Of a stretch of 64,000 nt of DNA, positions 41,419 through 51,466 are shown piece by piece. Made by a program: the position numbers and the translations under genes. The DNA is from an uncultured delta proteobacterium. GTDB lineage: Bacteria > Desulfobacterota > Binatia > UBA9968. The DNA is taken from contig CAVSLC010000019.1 in assembly GCA_963728565.1 (NCBI GenBank), positions 1 through 64,000 on the forward strand, given 5' to 3'. Under the pieces are notes generated by a model. The model had not been told where the DNA came from. It worked only from the letters and a program-made list of their open reading frames with translations, and made no database searches. Within the stretch, counting starts at the first letter, position 1; the number at the start of each line of letters is the position of its first letter.

Positions 41419-42315
41419 ATGAAAGCAACGACTAAGCTTAGAGAATTGCTGAAGAGCGATGACATTGTCATCACACCCGGCGTTTATGATTGCCTAACGG
41501 CGCGGCTCGCGGAAACGACGGGTTTTACCGCAGTTAAACTCTTGGGCAATGTCACCTGCGCCAGCCTGCTCGGGCTTCCCGATCTGGGTCTTATCGGACT
41601 GAACGAGATGGCCAATCATGCCAGGAACGTGGCCGCTGCCGTCGATATTCCAGTGATGGTTGACGCCGACACGGGCTATTCGGGGGGGCCGCTTGGAATC
41701 GCCCGGACGATCAAGGAATTCGAGCGCGCCGGTATCGCCGGCATCGGCATGGAAGATCAGGTGACGCCGAAAAAGTGCGCTCTGATCCCGGGAGGAACTC
41801 CGGTTGTGCCGATCAAAGAGCAAGTGAAGAAGCTCCAGGCGGCAGTCGAAGCCAAGGAGGATCCGGATTTTGTCATCAGCGCCCGGACCGATGCGGAGTC
41901 TGTGAATGGGTTGGATGATGCGTTGAATCGGATAAAGGCCTACGAGGAAGTCGGCATCGACATGGTCGGCGTTGCCATGTCCTGGGTCCGAAAGGAAGGC
42001 ATGCGCCAACGGACCCTCGACGCGTTGAAGCGCATTCGCGATGCGGTGAAGGTGCCGGTGAATTGCATGTTCATGGACGAAGCCATTCAGGTCGGTAACA
42101 TTACGTTGGACGAGCTTAAACAGATCGGTTTCAATATGGGTGGGAGTAACGCGGTGCGCTACACAGTGGTCAAGGCAGTCACGGAGATGCTGACAATTCT
42201 AAAAAACGAGGGTTCGACGAAGAACTATGCGCACAGACTGGCTTCTCTCAAGGACTATGAGGCCTTGGTCCGCTTGCCGGAGTTTTTGGAAATGGAACTG
42301 CGTTATTCCGTCTAA
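41419..42315 (+). CDS. Isocitrate lyase/PEP mutase superfamily lyase (PrpB/Dml/oxaloacetate decarboxylase-like)
   Basis: PGVYDCLTAR, GLPDLG, VDADTGY, EDQVTPKKC, ARTDA. Confidence 0.88.
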   Translation: MKATTKLRELLKSDDIVITPGVYDCLTARLAETTGFTAVKLLGNVTCASLLGLPDLGLIGLNEMANHARNVAAAVDIPVMVDADTGYSGGPLGIARTIKEFERAGIAGIGMEDQVTPKKCALIPGGTPVVPIKEQVKKLQAAVEAKEDPDFVISARTDAESVNGLDDALNRIKAYEEVGIDMVGVAMSWVRKEGMRQRTLDALKRIRDAVKVPVNCMFMDEAIQVGNITLDELKQIGFNMGGSNAVRYTVVKAVTEMLTILKNEGSTKNYAHRLASLKDYEALVRLPEFLEMELRYSV

Positions 42316-42400
42316 CGGAGTGCTCGGGAGAATTCAATCATCACAGCCGTTGGGATAACCGCAGCTCAATCACATGTCATTCGATTAAGCGCGGATTGCC

Positions 42401-42847
42401 TCATTGTCGTGGGCCGATACGGAGGCTGATGGTACCTACATAGATCTCGCGCAAGAACCATAGCAGCCCGAGAACGAATGTGGACATGGCTGCGATGAAA
42501 AGCAGGGCGACGACCACCGAAGCATCAAACTGCAAGAAGGCGCTTACGAACAGGAATGCGATTACTGCGCACACGAGCAACGCCGTCGTCGTGCAAAGAG
42601 CGATCGCCAAATAGATGAGCTTGGCACGCCGAGAAAGCATTCTGAGATCGGTTTGTAAAGTTGAGAAGAACTCCGGAGATGCATCGACTAACCGCTCCTC
42701 AAGATCGCGCGCGCGGTCGATGATGCGGCCTAATCGGCTGGTCATAACCGCTAGCATCGCGCCGATTCCTGAAAGAAGAAATACCGGCGCTACTGCTAGC
42801 TGAATCGCGTGCGCCACGGCAACGTCGGTGAACTCAAGCTCGATCAC
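42401..42847 (-). CDS. DUF2721 family membrane protein
   Basis: IQLAVAPVFLLSGIG...RLGRIIDRAR, FLREI. Confidence 0.85.
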   Translation of the reverse strand: MIELEFTDVAVAHAIQLAVAPVFLLSGIGAMLAVMTSRLGRIIDRARDLEERLVDASPEFFSTLQTDLRMLSRRAKLIYLAIALCTTTALLVCAVIAFLFVSAFLQFDASVVVALLFIAAMSTFVLGLLWFLREIYVGTISLRIGPRQ

Positions 42848-42887
42848 ATTCCCCTACCTGCATCACCCTAGCACGGTCTAGGACGAT

Positions 42888-43871
42888 CTAGATCTTTACT
42901 TTAGTAAAAACCTTCAGAGGATTCTTCTGAAAAATTTTCAGCTTGTCTTCAGCAGTCAAGAATCCGAGGCTATGTATGACTGGGATCAAGTCGTCGGATG
43001 GCATGCCGGTTTCCGGACGAATAGCGCCGCCGGAGCCGGGAGATTCGGTGCCAAAAAGAATCTGATCAACACCGCGCTGCTTGATCGCGGCTTCGAGATA
43101 GTGAAGATCGTAGACACAGGAATCGTAGAAGAGATTCTTGCTGAAATCCCCCTGTCCGACGTGCTTGTCGGTTGGGATAAAACGGTTCAGGCCGCCACCG
43201 CAGTGACAGATGGTAATTTTTAATTTTGGAAAGATCTCAAAGACTTTGCCGTGGGTTAGTAACTGCATGGCGATGAATTCTTCCAGATAGTTGTTCATCT
43301 GATAGTTTGCCGGAATGATTTCCAGTCTCCGGTCGTAGGTTACCGACGGATGGATCATCAGCGGCACATCGAGCTCCACGGCTTTTTCGTATAACGGAAA
43401 CCAATACTCCTCGTGCACGCCCGGAGTTTGTTTGTCGCCCCCCGGATCAGGGTTTAAATATGCCCCGACAAAGCCTAATTCTTTCACGCAGCGCTCGAAT
43501 TCAGGCAAACAGTTGCGCGTGTCCTTGCTTGTCGAGCACTGTGGCAGCTGGGCCATGCCGCGAAACCGGTCGGGGTGGAGCCTGACGATACGCGCAATCA
43601 CATTGTTGGTGGTTTGTGCCCAGAATTCCTGTAGGAACGGGCGCATCCAGTGCCACATGGCTATCGGTCTCGGTCCAATGAGCTGAACGTCGACATTGCG
43701 ATCATCCATGAATTTGAGATGACGCTGTTGCGCGTTCTCCAACTGTTCGTCGGTAACCTCCAATTTTCGTCCCGGCGTGTTTTGGGAGACAATCTCCGCC
43801 AGAAATTGGCGAAACCCTGCCGGGGTGGTCATGTGACCGTGAACATCGACGACGGTTTGTCCGTTGTACAT
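42888..43871 (-). CDS. Amidohydrolase-2 family, 4-oxalomesaconate hydratase (LigJ)-like
   Basis: DVHGHMTTP, AQLPQ, LNPDPGG, HCGGG, YDSCVY, FGTE...IRPETG..DD. Confidence 0.75.
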   Translation of the reverse strand: MYNGQTVVDVHGHMTTPAGFRQFLAEIVSQNTPGRKLEVTDEQLENAQQRHLKFMDDRNVDVQLIGPRPIAMWHWMRPFLQEFWAQTTNNVIARIVRLHPDRFRGMAQLPQCSTSKDTRNCLPEFERCVKELGFVGAYLNPDPGGDKQTPGVHEEYWFPLYEKAVELDVPLMIHPSVTYDRRLEIIPANYQMNNYLEEFIAMQLLTHGKVFEIFPKLKITICHCGGGLNRFIPTDKHVGQGDFSKNLFYDSCVYDLHYLEAAIKQRGVDQILFGTESPGSGGAIRPETGMPSDDLIPVIHSLGFLTAEDKLKIFQKNPLKVFTKVKI

Positions 43872-44120
43872 TAGAACTCCTCAGAATCGGTCAGTGTTCT
43901 CTTACATAACAGAGCCGAACCCGCCTCTGTCAAGCGACGCAGATTGCGGCTTCAGGGGAGAGGCTGCTATAGCGGGGTGAACTCGCCGAGACTGAGGTTG
44001 ATGGAAAAAATCTTCCAGGGGGAGCTTGCCGCACGGTAACCGGAAATGCAGTGCAGTTAGGAAAGTGGCGAGAGAGAAGGCGCCACTCTCGCGCTTTCGG
44101 CGCCTCTAGCCAGAAAGATA

Positions 44121-44567
44121 CTATTGTCGGACGGTGAGCACGGGGCAGGTCGCCGTCGATACGACTCGACCGGCGACGCTCCCCATGAATAGTTTGGACA
44201 GCCCAGTGCGACCATGCGTGCCGATCACGATGATGTCGACTTTTTTGCTTTTAGCGGCTTTGATGATCTGGTCATGCGGCGATCCTCTTAGCAGCAGGCT
44301 CTTGGCTTTGATTTTCGCCTTTTCCAGTGTTGTCATGAGCCGCTTCATCGAACTCTCGGCCTGCTGCTTGGCGCTCTCTTCCAGCTTCATATAGAGCTCG
44401 GCGCCGACGAATTCTTGTTCGGTAAGGTAAGCGGTGGTCGGCGCAATCACATGAACCACCCAGAGCTCCGCGTCGTAATCTTTAGCAAGCTCGACAGCTT
44501 TCTCTCTCGCGCGCCCTGATGCTTTGGAGTAATCCGTTGCGTATAAAATCCGGCGGATGCCTGTCAC
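44121..44567 (-). CDS. Universal stress protein (UspA family)
   Basis: ILYATDYS, IIVIGTHGRTG, MGSVAGRVV, CPVLTV. Confidence 0.9.
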   Translation of the reverse strand: MTGIRRILYATDYSKASGRAREKAVELAKDYDAELWVVHVIAPTTAYLTEQEFVGAELYMKLEESAKQQAESSMKRLMTTLEKAKIKAKSLLLRGSPHDQIIKAAKSKKVDIIVIGTHGRTGLSKLFMGSVAGRVVSTATCPVLTVRQ

Positions 44568-44592
44568 GATGTTTTCTCCCTTGGATGTTCGT

Positions 44593-45696
44593 TTAAGCTG
44601 ATGCTCCAACCGCTTGCGTCGCCAGCGCCGCTTTGGCGATGCCGGTCGGCACCTTCGACATGTCGAGGTTGTATAACTTACAGACATTGGTTGCTAGAAC
44701 TTTGGTTTGAACTTCCACCGGCAGGTGCCCAAGATCGCGTTGAATAATCTTCAGCGAGTTAGGCCAAGTTGAATTAGGATGGGGGAAGTCGTTGGACCAC
44801 ATGATATTATCCTGGCCCCACCACTGCAGATTGTGGCCGCACACCGAATCGTTGAAGAAGCAGGAATAGATCTGCTTGCGAAAGTACTCGCTGGGATCCT
44901 TGCTGAATGGCGGGGGATTAGCATTGCGGAAGCGGCGGTAATAGTAATCCCATTGCTGGGTGATCCAGGGCAACCAACCCGCTTCGTTCTCGACGGAAAC
45001 AATCTTGAGCCTGGGATAGCGCTCCAGCACGCCATAGAAAATCAGCTCGAAAAGCGCGTTGGCGATGTCCATCAGCTTCAAATTGACGCTGCCGCGGTAA
45101 CGCTCGACACCGTTGCGGCTCTTGTCTTTGTTGTAGCTGTGGCCCGTCAGGATGTGCAGGCTGACCGGCGACTCGAGATCCTGAGCGGCAGCCCAAAATT
45201 TATCATAATGGCTGGAATGGAACGGCAGATCGGGATGGGGCGCTTGCCAGATGATCGCCCCTTTCAGCCCCGCCTTGCGGCAACGTTCGAGCTCTTTAAT
45301 GCCATTGTCGATGTTATAGACAGGGATGGCCGGGATGCCGATCAATCGGTTGGTATCGACGCTGCAATAATCGATCAGCCAATCGTTGTACACGCGAAAA
45401 CACGCTTCCTGCATGCCCGGATCGTCTAGCGCGAACAGATCCAACATCAGCGTCGGATACAGCACTTCGCCGCTGAGACCGTCCTTTTCCATCTCTTGAA
45501 TTCTTGCGTGCGGGTCCCAACCGCCGGCATGTTGTTGAAAGCCCTCGCCGACTTTGTGCGGCGGAAAGACCGGAGCCTCAGCGCGGTATTTTTCCGGGAC
45601 TCCCTTTTTCCAAAGATCCACCGGCTCCATGACATGGGAGTCGGATGAGATGATGACGCCACTGATACCTTGACCGTGACCGTTTCCTATAGCCAT
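44593..45696 (-). CDS. Amidohydrolase-2 family protein
   Basis: ISSDSHVME, VLYPT, YNDWL, SLHIL, ENEAGW, WSNDFPH. Confidence 0.88.
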   Translation of the reverse strand: MAIGNGHGQGISGVIISSDSHVMEPVDLWKKGVPEKYRAEAPVFPPHKVGEGFQQHAGGWDPHARIQEMEKDGLSGEVLYPTLMLDLFALDDPGMQEACFRVYNDWLIDYCSVDTNRLIGIPAIPVYNIDNGIKELERCRKAGLKGAIIWQAPHPDLPFHSSHYDKFWAAAQDLESPVSLHILTGHSYNKDKSRNGVERYRGSVNLKLMDIANALFELIFYGVLERYPRLKIVSVENEAGWLPWITQQWDYYYRRFRNANPPPFSKDPSEYFRKQIYSCFFNDSVCGHNLQWWGQDNIMWSNDFPHPNSTWPNSLKIIQRDLGHLPVEVQTKVLATNVCKLYNLDMSKVPTGIAKAALATQAVGASA

Positions 45697-45774
45697 TATC
45701 TGAGTCCTCCTTAAGGAAACGTTGCCGATTGCTCTCTATAATCGACCGAACTTATTCGATAAGCCGATAACATG

Positions 45775-46446
45775 TCAATTCGAATTGATGCGATGACCAG
45801 CCGGCTCGACCGTCTTGCGCCACAGTGAGGCCAGCCATGGCTGCTCCGCTCGGGGCACTCCCGGCGGCCGATAGTAATGAGTGATCTCGATGAATTTGGC
45901 TGCATTCATGAATTTACGCCATTGTTCGAGATCGTAATAGGCCCCATAGCGTTTGCCATTCCAGCCTTCCTGATTATCACCCCGTGGATTGGAGCTGAAG
46001 AGCACGCCCTGCGGTTTCAACGTCTGCCACAGCTCCTTCAGAATGCGTGGCAATTCCTGACTGGGGATATGAAAGAGCGAGGCATTGGCGAAAATACCGT
46101 CGAAAAAACTTTCCGGCAGCTCCAGTCTTAAAAAATCCTGGCGCCAGACTTCACAACCGCTGAAGCCGCGGGCAATTTGGACAAAGCGTTCGGCGCCATC
46201 GAGGCCGATTACTTCATGTCCCATGTCTTTGAAGGCTTTTAAGTCGCGGCCCGGACCGCAGCCGAAGTCGAGAATGCGAAAAGGACCTGTACCCGGTATA
46301 TGCTCGAGCAACGCGGCGCGGTTTTGTGTGACGTCATGATCGCGCGTGCCTTCCCAGAAACTATCCGCGTGCCGATTGTAGTGATCGAGAGTGATGGTTG
46401 ATGTCTTGGTGAGTTCGTCCTCTGTTAGGGCGTCCTTACGGGTCAT
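45775..46446 (-). CDS. Class I SAM-dependent methyltransferase (cytoplasmic)
   Basis: LDFGCGPGRD, FANASLFH, LFSSNPRG, HYYRPPG. Confidence 0.88.
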   Translation of the reverse strand: MTRKDALTEDELTKTSTITLDHYNRHADSFWEGTRDHDVTQNRAALLEHIPGTGPFRILDFGCGPGRDLKAFKDMGHEVIGLDGAERFVQIARGFSGCEVWRQDFLRLELPESFFDGIFANASLFHIPSQELPRILKELWQTLKPQGVLFSSNPRGDNQEGWNGKRYGAYYDLEQWRKFMNAAKFIEITHYYRPPGVPRAEQPWLASLWRKTVEPAGHRINSN

Positions 46447-46529
46447 GTTCGCTCCGAACGCCATCATGGCAACAGGCGAGACGACATTCAAGCACGGCAT
46501 AAACAGCGCCGAACTATAAGACATCACGG

Positions 46530-46686
46530 GTTAAAGCCGTTCCAGTCGTTCAAGTCGCGGGAAGGCAGATCTCATCGCCGCGATCTATTGAGCAGGCTGC
46601 GCAGCGAAGTAGCAATTTATTCTGATACCTCAGCTGTTCTCGGCGTAGATGGTTTGAACGATTGACGGGCTGGAAGGAGCTCGAAC
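46530..46686. repeat. Degenerate GTTCAA/TTGAAC inverted array
   Basis: GTTAAA/GTTCCA/GTTCAA at 46530, 46539, 46548; TTGAAC-like units at 46654, 46662, 46671, 46681. Confidence 0.45.
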
Positions 46687-46689
46687 TCT

Positions 46690-47683
46690 TTATTTCGGAA
46701 GAACTTCCGGATTCAACAGCTTTACCGGACGGCCGTCGAGATAATCGAGTATGTTGGCCATCGCTTGTTGATAGCGCTCGCTGAGAACCTCGACAGTGGC
46801 GTAGCCGCGATGCGACAGCAAGACAGCATCGTCGAATCGGCGTAAAGGATGATCCATCGGCAGGGGTTCAACGTCAAAGACGTCAAGCCCAACACCGCCG
46901 AGTTGGCCGCTTTCGAGTGCTCTGATCATGGCCGGTTCCGAAACGATCGGTCCCCGTGCCGTGTTCACTAGGAAAGCGCCGCGCTTCATCATGGCAAATT
47001 CCTTGATCGCCAATGATGCCTCGGGTCTGCGCGTTCGAATTGATGTGGATGGTGATGATGTCAGACTCTCGAATCAGAGTGTCCATGCCGACACACTCGG
47101 CGCCTACTTCCGCCGCTCTTTCCGGCGTGAGAGTTCGAGAGTAGCCTAAAACCCGAGTATTAAGAATTTTCATAACCCGCGCCACTTCTTTGCCGATTCT
47201 GCCGAAGCCAAATACGCCGACAGTTTTGCCCTCCAGCGTCCGACCCGGAATCGGGGGCCAACTCTCGATGCGCATGCGCCGGTCGACCTGCGGGATTTTG
47301 CGCATCAATGATAAGATCAGTCCGATGGTTAGCTCTTTGGTGGTGGCGCCGGTGTCGGTTGAAGTGCCGGTCACGGCGATGCCGTGGCGGGTGGCCGAGG
47401 GCAGATCGAGATGCACGGTGGTGCGTCCGGTCTGTGAGATAAATCTTAAATTGGGTAGTTGGCGGTATTCATTGCCTGTGAACGAGGTTCGCTCGCGCAT
47501 CAGCAGGATTATGTCGAAAGGCAGCAAGGTTTGAACAACCTTCTCGGAAGTGTCTAACCTTTCTCGTAACAGCATGATGTCGGCGCGGGCTTTCAGTTTC
47601 TCAAAGCCGGGAACAGTGTCAGCGACTTTTTCAAAATCATCGAGTATAGCAATACGAGCGCGCTTAGTCTCAGATTTACTCAT
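46690..47683 (-). CDS. D-2-hydroxyacid dehydrogenase family, frameshifted near 47010
   Basis: IAILDD, MRERT, GFGRIG, VNTARGPIV, LDVFDVEPL, HRGY. Confidence 0.88.
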
Positions 47684-47752
47684 GGAAACTCCCAACGCGA
47701 CTGCTTGATAAACGGGATCTCGAAAGTTGATTTAACAAAGGACTTTCCGATC

Positions 47753-48437
47753 TCATTCTGTAGTCGCCGTCACTTCGACCTCGCATAGTTTTCCGATCGA
47801 GGAGTAGCCGTCGACAAAGCAGTATTCCCGTTGAGCTGTCGGCGCTTTGATGCGGTCATCGAATAGCCGGTTCAAGTTATCGATCGTTTGGCTTCGGTGC
47901 AGATAAAAGGAAATCCGCGCAACTCTCTCCCAGGAACTGCCGCTGTCTTTCAAAGAAGCGGTAATACGCGGCAGGATATTGTCAAACTGTTGTTCGAGCG
48001 TGGGCAGGACAGTCGTTACTCCGGAAAGCACCACCACCGAATCATAAACCAGGAACCGAATCGGCACGATAGGCGGATCGTATTCGACGATGCGCTTTCG
48101 CATGTCTTGCCTGGACGGTTTCATCGCCAGTAGGTCCACCGCAATCTTTGCATCAGAATCAAAATAATCGGGAGCGATATAGCTCGAGCTTGCCGAGCGT
48201 GCTTTGCCGGAAAGCACTTTGACCCGCTCGTCGCTTCCTAGATCGCGGCTTTCACGGTCGCGCCCCCACAGCCGAGTACGCACGGTGTTGTCTAATGACA
48301 GCTCATGTAGCCTTGAGCTCCTGATCGAAACGCCGGAACAGTTCCCGGGCCTCGCTGGTCGCGCTTGCCGCAGATTGGGCTTCGCCCGACAGCTCGATAA
48401 AATCTTTGCCAAGCCAGGAAAAAAATCTTTTGCGCAT
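47753..48437 (-). CDS. Two-domain RidA/YjgF-fold-like protein, frameshifted near 48310
   Basis: AGGAGG RBS and ATG 48437 (MRKRFFSW); LSLDNTVRTRLW; GSSWERVARISFYL; LCEVEVTA. Confidence 0.65.
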
Positions 48438-48705
48438 GGCTGACCTCCTTTCATTCGGAACAATGCGCTGACCCCACGCTATATCAGCCAATGCACAGAG
48501 TTGTGAAGAGGCACCTCTGCCGAATCGTGAAGATTCGATGAACCGGGAGGACGACAGCAAGGGATCGTCAACAAAGGGCGCTGGAGATTTCCGGAGCAGG
48601 TAAAGACACTTTCAGCGTCCGATTGAAAACTGCGATCAGGTTGGCTAAGCGATCGTCCGGAGCTGCATTTTTCTCAGCTATGGGGATTGCTCGAAAATCC
48701 AGCGG

Positions 48706-50260
48706 TTACCCGGGACTACAACAAAACGCTTTAGCTGATTTGGGCGCTTGCATCTCCGTAGCTTCCCAAATAGCACGGAGGTCAGCGGAGTAGGGATAGC
48801 GGATACCATTCTCTTCGAGGATCTTGCCGGTAGCTTCGATAAGATCGGATCGATTAAATACCATTGTTTCATGGGTGAGCACGCCGGCGCTGGCGAATTT
48901 GAAACTGATTTGCTGGTCCCGCGAATCACGCAGTATCTCCACCAAGTGTCGCAAATTCTTCACGCGGATATTATTGACTTCGGTAAGCACGCCTCGATTG
49001 GGGTCATCATAGCCTTGAGTGATTCGATGAGGAAACAGGGGAGAGGCAACCATGACGAGCTCTTCATCATCAAACGCCGGTCGATCGTAACGCCGGGTGA
49101 CCAGCGGGCTGGCGGCCCGTCCGAAACTGCCAGCCGAAGAGGAGCGTTGGTTACCAAGCCGTTCAAGATAGTCTTGTGTAGTCTGGGAGAATACAAATGG
49201 GCCAAAGATGAAGTAGCGGGGATTCGAATTCAAAAGGTAAGGAATGACCAGACTCGCGTCGTGTTTTAACGGGCAATTCAATCTGAGCCAACTTGCCGTC
49301 TCGATAGATCGTCAGTGGCAACATACCGTTTTTGGCGAATTTCTGCGCCAGATAAGAGGCTGACAACCGGAGATCATAGCGCACTGCCACTTTACCGTCG
49401 CTATCGACTGGGGTGCCGCCGATGTGCGTGATGACGTCCCACTCCTTCAAAGGGTAAGCATCGTCGTCCCGATACGGTTGTGCTACCATGACCCCGCTTA
49501 GCCCTTTAGGTAACCCGAGCCTCTGCCGGAGCGCTGCATTCTCTACTGTTTGTATTAGATCATGCGTTTGTGGTTTGCCGTCGTATACGCCGTCCTTCAC
49601 ATCGTCGAGGAATAGTTGAATCTCCTCCACTGGGATTAGATAGCCGATGTTCTGCGCGTTTTGAATCAAACTAAACACCAGGCCGACAAGTTTTCCGTCC
49701 GAGACCGCGGGTCCACCGCTGTTGCCGAAATTGAGCGCCGCATCGACCTGAATCCGTAGACCTGCCGCCTGATAGTAATAGTCGGTGTATTCGATGCGGG
49801 AAACAATTCCTTGGGTTACCGAAAGCTCTGTGCCGCCGGTCGGATATCCGTAAACGTTGATGTTGTCCTTGACGCGAGGTAGCTCTTTGGCAAAAGGAAG
49901 CGAACCACGCTTCTCAAAAAAAGCTTCATCGTCCAACTTCAATATGGCAAGGTCCATCGATGGGGTAATGGCATCAACCCGTGCCGGTAAATGCCGCGAC
50001 GATTGATTGGGCTGGACATAGATCTGGCTTGCATAGCGAACCACGTGGGCATTGGTGAGAATGCGGTTGCCGTCGATGACCACTCCCGAACCCTTAATCT
50101 GTTGCGGGGTATTTCGGCTCCAGGGACGCAACACATCGGGGGTGTGATGAACCGCGTGAATCTTGACGACCAAATCACGGATTTGGTCCTGCGCCCGCAA
50201 GTCGGACGCCCCTAGATTGACTAAAAGCAGCATCAGCAAAACAATGACGAGTCGGCCCAT
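48706..50260 (-). CDS. Secreted trypsin-like serine protease with PDZ domains (HtrA/Deg2-like), frameshifted near 49255
   Basis: LTNAHVV, DLAIL, DAALNFGNSGGP; second PDZ PRYFIFGPFVF...EVNNIRVKNLRHL. Confidence 0.85.
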
Positions 50261-50646
50261 AATCTCTCCTGAATATTCGATTAAAATTCGGCATAGTATA
50301 CGCCAAAGGGGGGCTGAGTTAAACGATCTTTTCACCTTCACCTTCGACTCAATTCAGATGGTCTAGTACACCCAAACAAATTGTTTTGCCATGCCTGTTG
50401 AGCTGATCTCACTTGCAGGTGTCTCGTAAGGGCTGTTGACCGGCTACTGCCTGGATCGGGAAAAGCTCAATGGGAGGACCTCGCTCGATACCATTGCCGT
50501 AATCCGGCGGTATGATTGCGATCACACTCGGCAGGTAAGGTATTGCCCCGATCTTGACACGATCGAATTAGAGGAAGTATCCATAATTGGGCTTCGAACG
50601 TGTTTCCCATCCGCCAATTCGATTCAATTTAATTAAGGAGTCTGCC

Positions 50647-50955
50647 ATGTGGTATTTAGTTATGCGTCGTCCTGTAAAGCCACGCGAGGACTGGACAGTC
50701 AATCTCGACCAACACCTAGTCTGGATGAAGCAACAGCACGATAACGGCTCGATCCTTTTTTCAGGTCCGACACCTGATCGAAAGTTCGGCATCTATGTGA
50801 TCAGGGCCGCATCCAAAGCTCAAGCCGAGGAAATTGCCAGTACCGATCCGTATACGGCAGCGGGTTTTTGCGCCTACGAACTCTATGAATGGGACGTCCA
50901 TCAGATCATGGGCGTCGGACCATTCACCGCTGCGGAGCTACGCGCGTATCATTAG
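50647..50955 (+). CDS. YciI family protein
   Basis: HLVWM...ILFSGP...TDPY; AAGGAG RBS. Confidence 0.8.
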   Translation: MWYLVMRRPVKPREDWTVNLDQHLVWMKQQHDNGSILFSGPTPDRKFGIYVIRAASKAQAEEIASTDPYTAAGFCAYELYEWDVHQIMGVGPFTAAELRAYH

Positions 50956-51203
50956 GAACTTAGGCAACTTAGTGGAGTGCTGAACTTAGCCGTGCAAAAG
51001 TTTGCCCAAGCGCGGGATTGGGACCTTGATTCCAAGAACGTGCATGGCCCACCAGAGCGAGGCCGCGGTGCTCGATACGTCAGGTTTTTGCGTATCGTCT
51101 TCGAGCCCCTGAATGTACGCGACTGAGCGCCAACGTCCTTGGATCAGCAGACTGTCAATCGTTGAATGCTGCCATTTGTAAGCACATCCGAAGAACCACT
51201 GGT

Positions 51204-51229
51204 AACGTCAACGAGTGATCGTTGACGTT
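51204..51229. promoter_or_regulatory. Perfect palindrome (operator or hairpin)
   Basis: AACGTCAACGA-GTGA-TCGTTGACGTT in a roughly 500-bp intergenic region. Confidence 0.45.
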
Positions 51230-51466
51230 GCATTCTTATGGCATCTTCTGGCAGGAAGCTCTACTTGAGATATAATAAAGAATGTGGAGGTTCGAACAGG
51301 ATCTCCAATTGGGGTTAATCCTGGCCGCGGTAGGGGCGGTTTGGTTGTTTGTGGTGTCACAATTCTACTGTCGTGATAATTGGGTAGTAGCTTGACGCAT
51401 CGGCCCGATCAGGCCGATGCGTTGCTGTTCTTATATACGAATATACGAACTCAGTGGAAGTTCTAG

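Noticed and set aside
41419-42315. Assigning prpB
   Set aside because: KKCAL instead of KRCGH and no prpC/prpD nearby
50956-51466. ncRNA or riboswitch in the long intergenic region
   Set aside because: Apart from one palindrome I could not match any known RNA consensus; an Infernal/Rfam scan would be needed
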